The notes below the pieces were generated by a model that searched no databases, was not told the origin of the DNA, and was given only the letters and a program-made list of their open reading frames with translations. 64,000 nt of DNA from the NCBI RefSeq assembly GCF_009914755.1, contig NC_060928.1, one strand, 5' to 3'. The stretch is from the human T2T-CHM13v2.0 reference genome, Homo sapiens. The position numbers and the translations under genes are program-made. This document shows positions 52,484 to 64,000 of the stretch, in pieces. Position 1 is the stretch's first letter. Every line of letters begins with the position of its first letter.

Positions 52484-52699
52484 CTAGGAACTCCTCCCGG
52501 AGTCCAGCCAAGGAGCCGGGGGGCCGGCGACTGGCCAAGGGAGAAGACCCCCGGAGGGGGCTGAGGGGAGGGGGAAGGTGAGGAAAGGACGGCGGCGTCG
52601 GTCCTGTTCTCTCCGCCGCCCCAGCCGCCGCTTCACATCGGGGTCCCCGCCCCCCCGGCCGGGGGGTGGTTGCCGAGCTTGGTTGGGGCCCCGGTTCAT
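52484..52699 (-). other. uORF2, 71 aa (MNRGPNQARQ...)
   Basis: True ATG at 52699-52697; ORF track entry 52484..52699. Same frame as uORF1. Confidence 0.5.
52633..52638 (-). other. Minimal start-stop uORF (ATG-TGA)
   Basis: Plus-strand tcacat at 52633-52638 reads ATGTGA on the minus strand. Confidence 0.5.
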
Positions 52700-52717
52700 A
52701 CACTCCGGGGCAAGATG

Positions 52718-52807
52718 CTACGGCCCCGGGCGGGTGGCCGAGTCGGCGGCAAGGCGAGGGACCCGGCCGGCTCCGCTCGGCGCCGCCCCCGCTCCCGGCT
52801 CCCGCAT
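52718..52807 (-). other. uORF1, 29 aa (MREPGAGAAPSGAGRVPRLAADSATRPGP)
   Basis: ATG at 52807-52805 and in-frame TAG at 52720-52718, inside the putative 5' UTR. Translation is not shown. Confidence 0.5.
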
Positions 52808-52968
52808 GTGTCGCTGCGGCTGGGACCCCCCTCCCTACACCTTGGGGGTCTCGCCCCACGCCCCACGGGACGAGGCAGAAGCTCTGGCGCCTCCTCAGCG
52901 TTCTCTCACCGCGGAGCAGCTACCCACTCCCGGCCCGTGGTAGCCGCCTCCCTGCCCCCCAAGCCGCC

Positions 52969-53013
52969 GGCTCCGGCTCAGGCTCGGGCTCCGGCTCTGG
53001 CTCCGGCTCCGGC
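52969..53013. repeat. Hexamer repeat (GGCTCN)x7
   Basis: ggctcc ggctca ggctcg ggctcc ggctct ggctcc ggctcc ggc. Confidence 0.9.
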
Positions 53014-53161
53014 GTGTGCAGCCGCCGCTGCCGGCCGGGAAGGTGAGGGGGGGAAAGGAGTGCGGCCGCGGCTCCCGCTGGCCCAGGTGAGAGCGAAGGT
53101 CTCGGCGGCGGCCAGTGCAGGGGGACTGGATCTCTCGGATGCTCCTTCGCTCTCAGTCTCA

Positions 53162-53194
53162 GCGGCGGCGGCGGCGGCAGCGGCAGCGGCAGCG
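53162..53194. repeat. Interrupted (GCG)n/(CGC)n trinucleotide repeat
   Basis: (GCG)5 GCA GCG GCA GCG GCA GCG. Confidence 0.9.
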
Positions 53195-53429
53195 CCCGGA
53201 GCTCAGCTCGCTGTCTCCCTCGCTCTGTGCGGGGCTCTCGCCTCACTCCAGAGAGAGGGGCGGGAGGAGAGCGGCGCCTGCCGATGACGCAAGTCACCTA
53301 GCAACCGCTCTCTTCCCCCTCCCTCTTCTTTCCGCTCTGAGGCTTCCTCCGCTGGCCTTTTTCCCCCTTCCAGCCACCCCGCCCTGGGCGCCTCTGGCGC
53401 GCTCTGATGACGCTCCAAGGGAAGAGGAA

Positions 53430-53701
53430 GTGGGGATCGGCGAGCGGGTGGGTGCGCCTCGGGCCGCGGGACTCGCAGCCGCCACCGCCGCTGCCGCCTC
53501 TACGGCCGCGTCAGAACTGAAGAGAGGAAGGGGAGGAGCCGAGTCGAGCCTAAGCTGCCGCCCGATCTTACCCCTGACCCGAGGGCGGCCTGGAGAGCTT
53601 GGTCTGTAGCGGTTTCCTTCGGGGCAGGTGGGGACTGCTCCTTTGGGAGGAAGGAGGAGGCCCAGGCCGCGTCTTCAGGCAGCTGCGCGCACCACCCGAA
53701 G
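53430..53701 (+). ncRNA. Candidate first exon of a divergent non-coding transcript
   Basis: Plus-strand donor AAG|GTGAGG at 53701/53702 at the distal island edge, and candidate acceptors at 54375 and 55042. The start coordinate is a guess. Confidence 0.35.
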
Positions 53702-55769
53702 GTGAGGCATTTGGCCCCAAACAGACCCTCGAAAAGCCGGACTGATCGAGGAGTTACCCTACAGCCTGATCTGCACCTGCTCCAGGGAGAGAGCGCCCCA
53801 CCCTTCCCGTGGCGTGGGGTGAGACCCAGCGTTGGATAACGTGTGGTCGGGCCGAGCAAATGTTTGATGAATGAATGAATGAATGAATGCCTCTCTCACG
53901 TGGCACTCGTGAAGCTCAGAGGATATGGTGGAAGTGCAAGCGCTTTGTAAACTGCAGTGCATTGTAAAAATGAGTTGTAATACATTCCTCCCCTCCCCCT
54001 AGCCATGAAAGGAAACAGGGGTGCGGCTTGAGTACAGAGTCACAACCTGAGTCTTTAGTGGAAAAGGAGACGAAATGCCGAGCAAGGGAAGGGACCCATC
54101 CTCGCGCAGATTGTTAGGGCGGCGGGAAGGGAGGATTGGAAGGGAGCCATCCTCTGGGAGATTGCTGAAGGATTTTTGACTGTCAGGGGAAGAATTTAAT
54201 AGTCCCTCACTTTTACGAATGGTTCTTTCTTACGGTTTGGAGCTTTCGAGAGCTTCTGGTCTTGGTTCATCAGTGTACGTTGTCATCAAGAAATGTTGGC
54301 CTGTTTCAGGTCTGACTCAAAGGTTATTTTCTTTCTAAAATAAGTGTTATTACTATTATGCAGCTTTTCCTACAGATGTTATCCTGGAAAGGAAAGTTAA
54401 GTAGAAACTCATGAAGTTTAAAGTGTAGTTCTCTAGGAAAACAAATTTAAGATAAAAGGACCAGAATCCTCAGAAATCTGTCTTCAGTGAATAGTATGAG
54501 AAAAAGATTAAAGCAGCAGCAATGATGAAAGCAGATTCCACAATTCTGTCCCTGGACCCTAGTACACTCTACCTCCTTGGGAAGCAGTAGTAATGGATTT
54601 TACAAGTCTTTCCACCTGGAGGAGGGGGTAAGGTAGGAGCAAGTGTATTATAGACAAATGTGGGAAGCTCTGGGTTTCTCCCACTACTGCCACTACCATC
54701 TGCAAACAGTAAACTAAGGAAACTTTTAACTGGGTAAATCCAAGGGCTCGTGTTCATTAAAATGCTGCGGGAAAGGTGGTGAGAGGGGCAAAGGAGGATG
54801 TGGCAAAACCAAGGAGAGACTCACAGACTAGCACCTGACCCTACTGCCCTTGACCTGAAGTTCCAAGAGCCAGGTTAAATATCCTGCTTAAATTACCCTG
54901 GATTTTTCTGTCTTTACGTGACCAATCCCCTGCTACAGCCTTCCAAATAAGACTCACAGGTAATCAGACCAACAAGTGATGGTCTCACATGGCTACAAAA
55001 TAAATATTTTTTGTTTTTCCCCCTCTTCCTATCTTACAACAGGGGAATGGTGGAAATTAAAGGAGTAAAACACACAGATTTAGGGGATTTTGTGAAGCTA
55101 AACACCTCAGAGAGTTTAACCTTTGTAGGCTTTGAAGGAAAAGAGTGCAAACATCAGAGTTCTGCAGCCCAGCAGAGAACACCTCCAGTTAAGTGTGTAC
55201 CACATAGGGTTTTTCAGCAGCGTGATCTTCTGTTTTCATTGTCAGTGGCTCCACCTTACAACCTCAGTGCTGAGGAACAGAAGGGCACTCAGGAGAGCCT
55301 GAGCCACTTACTTAGAAAGTATTTAATAACAGCACACTAAGCTTACTGGGCTAGATACCCACCTCAGCACCCAGCTTGATAACAGGAGGAAACAGCTGGA
55401 ACTGGAGACTGGAGAGAAGGAAGTTCATACATTTCCAACTTGGTCTGCATCTCTTTAGTTCCTTGTATTGCTTATTAATCCAGAGGAGAAAACAGCTAGT
55501 TAATTAAAAATTCCAAAAAATCTGAAGTTTTAGCTAATAGTTACTTCCCTGGTTCATCAATTTAAGATAAGGATCTAAATACTGTGTTAAAATATAGAAA
55601 AACGGAGACTCTTATAAGGTTTTTGACCTCTACACTTGAAAGTGAGCTCTTACAAGAAACTAATCAGTGTTTCGTTATTCCATATCAGTGGCTTTTACTG
55701 TCAAAGATTGTGTAAGCTAAATTATCTGGCAAAATTTTGCTTTCCAGAAATACTATCTATATTAATTTT

Positions 55770-56600
55770 AACATTTTTATTGTGAAATATAGTTTAAATA
55801 CATAAAGCAATTATATAGTATAAGTGATTATAAAGGAAACCACCATGTAACCAATCAACCAGGTCAAGAAATGGAATATTTCCAGCAACTCAGAAGTTCC
55901 CCTCCCTGCCATGACCTTCCCGAACACAACTCTTTCCCTCCCTCCTAAGTGTAGTCATTATTCTAACATTTGTGATAATCATTTCCCTGCTTTTCTTTGT
56001 CGCTTTGTCGCAAGCATGCATCCCTAAACAATATATTGTTTAGTCTCACTCTTTCTTTTGAACTTTATGTAACTGGAACAATATAATATGTAATCTGTTG
56101 TTCTTGCTGCTTTTGCTCAACATTGTTTTTAATTCATATGTTGTTCAGGTTGTTCCTATAGCTGTAATTTGTGCATTTTCATTGCTGCATATTACAGTGT
56201 CCCATTATAACAATATGTGACAATATGTTTAGCCATTCTATTGCTGATGGACATCTGGGTTGTTTCCAGTTTAGGATTGTTATAAATGCTAATGTGAACA
56301 TTCTTCATATATGTATTCCATCACATCTACGTCAGTTTCTGTATAACATATACCTGGGAGTGTAATATGTATCATAAACTTGAATAAATAATGCCAAGTT
56401 CTTTTCTAGAGGGTTACACAGTCACACTAGGTATATATGAGTCCCATTGCTCCACACCTTCACAACACTTGACATTATTGGTCTTTTTGGTTTTGCCAGT
56501 CTGGTGGGTGTATGGTAATATATCATTGTGGTTTTAACTGTCATTTCTCTGATTACTGATGCTGTTGAGGACCTTCTTGTATACAACTAGCTATTTGGAT
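55770..56600 (-). mobile_element. Old L1ME-like fragment
   Basis: gatggacatctgggttgtttccagtttagg; tcattgtggttttaactgtcatttctctgattact. Confidence 0.72.
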
Positions 56601-56702
56601 TTACATTTTTGTGGCGCGTTAGTATCTTTTCAATGTCTAAGTCTCTGAGATGCCCAACTTTTCAATATCCTTTCATAGTCCACATTTGAACAGGTAAAGT
56701 AA

Positions 56703-58662
56703 TGTTATGGGATGTTTAGGGTGTCGCTTTTCTGGCCAGAAACCTCTGTAGCCTGTGGCGCCTTTGCACAAGTCTTGCTCAGGCCCACTGGGCTCATTCC
56801 ACCTACTTGGCCTGGCAGGCTGTGCTCAGCTTATGCTACCGGCCTGGATCCCACACCTGCCAAGGGCAAGTACGGCGTGGAGTGGCAAGGCATGTGTGAG
56901 CGAGCGTGAGGTCTGGCTACTGCGCAGTCAGACACACCAGCTGCTGCAGTGGGGCGGGCAGCTCCAGATGCACCAGCTCTCTGCAAGGCTGTGGCTGGAC
57001 CAGGCATACTGCAAGCAGCTTCCACAGCTGGCACCAGGGAACACATTGGCACCCGGAAGCTTGGAGACGCCAGGAACTGCAGGGACCCAAAGAGGGAGTC
57101 ACAGTGTTGGCTTGGGGAGCTCCCAGGTCTGGGCTCCCCAAAAGGCCACAGCCCTTCCCTCCTCTTCACCCGCAACGTGGCAAGCAATGGGGATGTCTCA
57201 GCCCCATTTGTGTTATATCTCGTTTAGCCTCGCCATCTGGCAGGTCCCAAGTTCTTGTCCCGTGACCAGGAAGAATGAGGTACACAGACAAGTGGAGGGT
57301 GAGCAAGATGTTATTGAGTAATGGAACAGCTGAGAGGAGACCCACAGTGGATAGCTCCTTTCTGCAGCCAGGGTGTCCCAGTGAGTGTTCAGCTGCTAGC
57401 AGGGAGGGCAGCTCCTTTCTGCTAGGCAGGTTGTCCTGATGAGTTTTCAGCTCTCAGCAGAGAGGAGAGCTCCTCTATGCAGGAAGGTTGTCCCAACAAG
57501 TGTTCAGTTCTCAGCAGGGAGGATAGCTACTCTCTGCACCTGGTCATCCTAACAAGTATTCAGCTAGCGGCAAAGAAGGTAGCTCCTCTCTGCAGCTGGT
57601 CATCCATCGCCTGCTCAGTTCTGACTGAGCCCCGGGCCTCAGGGGAGGAAGTGCATGCTGATTGGTCCTTGGGCAGGCCTAGGAAAAAGCACCATAAGTT
57701 CCCCCTCTAGTGTGCAGGATGGGCAGTCCAATCCCCAGGCTTCAGGCCTTCCCCAGCCTAAAGGTGGGACTTCACTGGGAACCCGCTCCTTTCCACACTG
57801 GAGCCTGTCTGCCTCCTACCACTTTTCATGGCACCCAGGCTATTTCTGCAGAGGGGCGCCTGTGGGGCCAGCACAGGGCTACCCTCAGCCCTGCCAACCC
57901 TTGCCTCCCTCCCATGCTTGTCAGCGCCCAACATCTAGAGGGGGCGGAAGCAGCAGTGGGCTAGCATGTCAGTACTGCCGCAAGCCTGCACATACCCAGC
58001 CGGGCTGTGACAGTGCCCAGGCTTGACCCCAACCCCATTCTGAGATCAGAGCAGGTGCTAGGAGCAGGGAGAGGCCAAGCAGTGGGAACAGACACCCAGG
58101 GCCTGCAAGGGCAAGGGGGCCTTCCCGTCCCCCAGAGGGTGCAGAGTGCGGAGATGCCCTGGTCCTGCACCTGGGAGGGTAGGGCTGCCGCCTGCTGCAT
58201 GGAGTGTGCAGGCAGCCCCAGCTGCGCCTGTTTGCAACCCAGCGCGGGGACTCCAGGTCCTTGCTGGGCCCTCCTCTGCCCACCTCTCCGTGCCCGACCA
58301 TGCTGCTCCCCTGCTGGCAAGCAGCTCAGCGCTGCCCCATCACAGCAGCCCCCAGGGCAGTGGGCTCTGGGGACTGTCCGCCTCCTCCCCACGTGCTCCC
58401 CACAGTGGCAGTGGGTGATCGCAGTGATTCAGGGTCAAGGTCTGGAGCAGTGGAGGCTCCAGTACTGGGAACGGGTCCTGCCTGGCCATATGAGGATGGG
58501 TACGGGGGGCAGCACAGTTGTCCACCTCGGGAACGCGGGGCACAAAGGTCCCACAACTGCCACTGCCACTCCCACAGCCACTCCTGCCACCACCGCTCAC
58601 ACATCCACGCTGCAGCCAGCATGATGGCAGTGGCTGCTCCGGACAGCCTGCCACTGCCATCA
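56703..58662 (-). mobile_element. MER52-family (ERV1) solo LTR with 4-bp TSD GTAA
   Basis: TG...CA termini; GTAA at 56699-56702 and 58663-58666; minus-strand start TGATGGCAGTGGC typical of MER52; GC-rich with internal ~56-bp repeats. Confidence 0.88.
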
Positions 58663-58760
58663 GTAATGCCACCACTTGAGTTATATTTGGGACAAGTTCC
58701 TTCCAAAATAAGAATAATTATAGGTTACCTAGTTTTTTTTTTATTAATTTGATTATAAAC

Positions 58761-59222
58761 TTTTTTTTTAGACAGGGTTTCACTGTGTCACAAAGGCTGG
58801 AGTACAGCGGTTAAATCATAGCTCATTGAAGTCGTGAACTCCTGGACTCAAGCGTTCCTCCTGCCTCCGCTTCTCAAGCAGCTAGGACTATAGGCACTTG
58901 CCACCACCCAGCGAATTTTTTTATTGTTTATAGAGACGGGGTCTCACTGTGTTGCCCAGGCTGGTCTCAAACGCCAGGACTCAAGCAATCCTCCAGCCTC
59001 AGCCTCAGGTGTGAGCCACCATGCCCACCCTATAAACTTTTTTTTCTTTACTTTTTTCTTTTTCTTTTTTTTTTTTTTTTTTTGAGACAAAGTCTCACTC
59101 TATCACCCAGGGTGGAGTGCATTGATGTGAACACAGCCCACTGCAGCCTCAACCTGGGCTCAATGGATTCTCCTGCCTCAGCTTCCTGAGGCCACAGGGA
59201 TGCACCACCACACCCAGCTAAT
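58761..59222 (-). mobile_element. AluJ (58761-59030) plus a partial Alu (59050-59222)
   Basis: Antisense Alus; tataaacttttt flanks the first. Confidence 0.88.
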
Positions 59223-59995
59223 AAACTTCTTAAAAGTAGGCCTATAGGGCTTTTTTTTTCTTTACTATCCAAAATCATGCAATTTTTCAACTATTGGGCT
59301 ATTGCCAGCAATCCCTCATGGTGGTTTTTATTTTTGTTGTATTTTAGTTTCCTCTGAGAATATAAAGGCAATTTTAATTCTCTTGAATCTGTGTAACTAA
59401 ACTTGGTTTTTGTTGCTTTGTATTTTTCTCAAGACAATCGTGTAAAAAGTTGTTTTCCCTGCACATATTTTTTTCATTTCCCAGGTTCATTGATTTTTTA
59501 AAAGTCACAGTGGCTTTTTCTTTCCTCCTAACATTCCTGCTACAATTTATGGATTTTTTTTTTAATTTCACTCATTTACATCAAATACACAACATTGGTG
59601 TCACTGCCTGGCATATTTTCCCAACATACTACATTTTATTATTTTCATTAATTTCTTATCTCTCAGTTCTTTGTTTAGAATCAGTGATATTTTAAAACTG
59701 GAGGAAGGTGAGACCCAGAGAAATTGACTTAGCCAGAGTCAGGAGGGCAAGTAAATGTGAAGCCCGGACTCCACCCCAAGTCTTCAAATAACAGTATGCT
59801 TGCCATTATATCACACTGACTCTGTCTTCTGGAACAATAAGGTAAATTAATTCCCAAGGTCTGTAGAATATTGTTCATTTCCACATGGCAGACCTCTTAT
59901 TCTACAATTGAATAAGGTTTATTTTAAGCCTAACAGCTTTAGGATCAGATTAATATTGATACTAATAGAAATAATTTTTTAAAAAATTAAAGATT

Positions 59996-60300
<305 letters not shown>

Positions 60301-60588
60301 AAAGATTAATATAAATAGTAGCACTAAAAATGGATTAAATGGAAGAAAACTTGCTTTAAAAAAAATAAAGTTTCTCCACTCTCCCCTTCATCCCTTATGG
60401 CCAATCTGTCACTGGTCCCTATTGCTTCTTCAAAGAATCGCCATACTTCCTTAATAACTGAGAAAAGAGTTTTACCAAATAAAAGTGTCAAATGTTGCAG
60501 GAATGCCATTGGATTTGGTAATGAGTTTCTTAATAATTTCATAGTACTGTAAAAATGTTGGAGGCGCTCAGAATTTAATGATATTTTA

Positions 60589-61063
<475 letters not shown>

Positions 61064-61584
61064 TCATTTATAATCATTGAAAATGTAACCTTTAGCTTTA
61101 GAGGAATCCTTCAGGATACAAGCCAGTTGGTTTTGTCATAAATAGTCATGAAATATTTTATCAATAAAATCCAGCTATTTTTAAAATTAAAAATTGAGTA
61201 AAACAGGATTAAAAATAACTTTATAAAAATATTAAGGTAGGCTTAAATGTAACTAAACTTGTAGAGCAAAGCCTTTAAAATGTTCTGGCTTGAAATTCAA
61301 AGTTAAATTATTGAATTAACACTAGGGAGTTCCCAAAGGGACCAGCTTTATAAATATTATTAGTATATTTTTTGTTTTAACTTCCAAAAGGCAGTATTGA
61401 GTCAATAAAATTTTACTGTCACTTACTATTTTCTAGCACTAGAGCAACGTGCTGAACATACAGTGATGAGAAGAGGAAAAAAAAGACCTTGTCCCTCCCT
61501 TCATGGAGCATACAGTCTGATACCTAGAATGTGCCAGACTCAGTGCTTGACCCCAGCCACTACCATCTAAAATTATTTTATCTA

Positions 61585-61880
<296 letters not shown>

Positions 61881-61985
61881 AAAATTATTTGATCTATATT
61901 TCCTGAGGATGTGGTCTACAAATAAATGAGTCACTGCTTGCATTCTCAGGATAAACAAATGGTATTCTAGAAACCTTCAATCCTA

Positions 61986-62388
<403 letters not shown>

Positions 62389-62953
62389 TCATATGCCCAG
62401 GCTATTTCTCTTCCTTTGCCATCTTTATTGCCATCTATGTCATGTTGACTTTTATCATAAAACCCATTCCCTGATGACTCACAAATAAGCTGCAGATCCT
62501 CCGGAATCACATCCACACTGATTATTTTCCCAATATTCCCAGCACAATTCTGTTTAGCTCTCCTTGATAGAGTGGTGTCTTAAGGCCATACCCAGCTCTA
62601 AAGAAGGCTGAGAAGGCCCCGAGCATTGTTGCCCAAAGTGAGGTTTAAGGTCTGTTAATAAGGAAAGCAGAAAGAATAGTTATAGGGTAGAAAATTACCA
62701 GTGTCTGACACACTCTTAAAGATGTTTTTATTAAACAAAGGGACCATCTATCCCAGAGATGAAATGCCACTTTCTAAACCCCAGAGGTAACTGCCATTGG
62801 TTTTTCTTTTAAATGGCAATTTCCCCCCCAATGCTTTGCATACAAGTATCAGCAATATGTTGAGTCTCCTTTTTGGCTTCTTATAGTTTAAAAATTCTAG
62901 CAATTTAATTTCAGGAGCATTCTTTAATGTATGAGTTTGTGGTCTCCAGATAG

Positions 62954-63443
<490 letters not shown>

Positions 63444-63585
63444 TGAAACCTACAGAAAAGTTGCAAGTCCACTACAAATCACTCTTTTATATTGAGCCAT
63501 TTGGGCGTCAGTTGCTAACCTGATGCCCTATATGTGGGACATTCTCCAACAGAAACACAGTACAACAATTAAAATTGATTTTTTA

Positions 63586-63957
<372 letters not shown>

Positions 63958-64000
63958 TTAAATTGATTTAAATTTTAATCCATTTTTAATTATCAGTTGA

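Larger units (their letters stand above)
52290..53250 (-). other. Putative long non-coding first exon (5' UTR) of an unidentified minus-strand gene
   Basis: Minus-strand donor GAG|GTAAGC (plus-strand gcttac at 52284-52289) at the island edge. No ATG-initiated frame stays open to the donor. The 5' end is estimated from the GC box and CRE just upstream and is approximate. Confidence 0.7.
52060..53860. promoter_or_regulatory. CpG island promoter (probably bidirectional)
   Basis: Abrupt switch from AT-rich, CpG-poor DNA to GC-rich, CpG-dense DNA. Contains GC boxes (GGGCGG ~53258, CCGCCC ~53378), CRE-like TGACG motifs (TGACGCAA 53285-53292; TGACGCT 53408-53414) and ETS-like GGAAGT (~53426). No TATA box is apparent. 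Confidence 0.93.

Noticed and set aside
52290-53250. Assigning a gene symbol to the promoter
   Set aside because: No coding exon is in the window and I do not recognise the leader with confidence; BLAT of 52290-53250 against the human genome would settle it.
52211-53859. Overlapping long ORFs (up to 205 aa) in the CpG island
   Set aside because: Stop-codon scarcity in GC-rich DNA; low-complexity Pro/Ala/Gly/Arg products in all six frames, mostly with non-ATG starts.
53868-53889. (GAAT)n next to the promoter as a satellite or regulatory repeat
   Set aside because: Matches the usual L2 3' tail (aaatgtttgatgaatgaatgaa).
57350-57605. Regularly spaced ~56-bp repeats superficially like a CRISPR array
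   Set aside because: Degenerate tandem units without unique spacers, inside an LTR in human DNA, with no cas genes.
56712-58752. Cluster of long ORFs resembling a gene or a second CpG island
   Set aside because: Lies essentially within the MER52 LTR, bounded by TG/CA and a TSD.

Overview
Human genomic DNA: it carries a human-specific AluYb8/Yb9 element and about 30 other Alus. No protein-coding exon is supportable. A CpG island (~52.1-53.85 kb) is a promoter. It most plausibly drives a minus-strand gene with a ~1 kb GC-rich non-coding first exon ending at a strong donor (GAG|GTAAGC, 52290), so positions 1-52289 would be a large first intron; I could not name the gene. A plus-strand donor at 53701 suggests a divergent transcript. 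The rest is typical mammalian repeat content: Alus, L1 and MIR/L2 fragments, two Tigger3b, a near-complete Charlie5-like hAT fossil, MER1B/MER33/MER5A/MER20/MER58, MaLR LTRs, and a ~2 kb MER52 solo LTR 3 kb upstream of the promoter. Almost all ORFs in the supplied track are repeat-derived or GC-content artefacts. I see no convincing new multi-gene system. The most unusual signal is a set of short local copy events: a 90-bp segment copied into the middle of an Alu, a two-segment microhomology-joined insert inside Charlie5, a spaced 90-bp direct repeat, and two ~50-bp tandem duplications. The long leader also has three upstream ATGs. Repeat family names are from recalled consensus motifs, not a database search.
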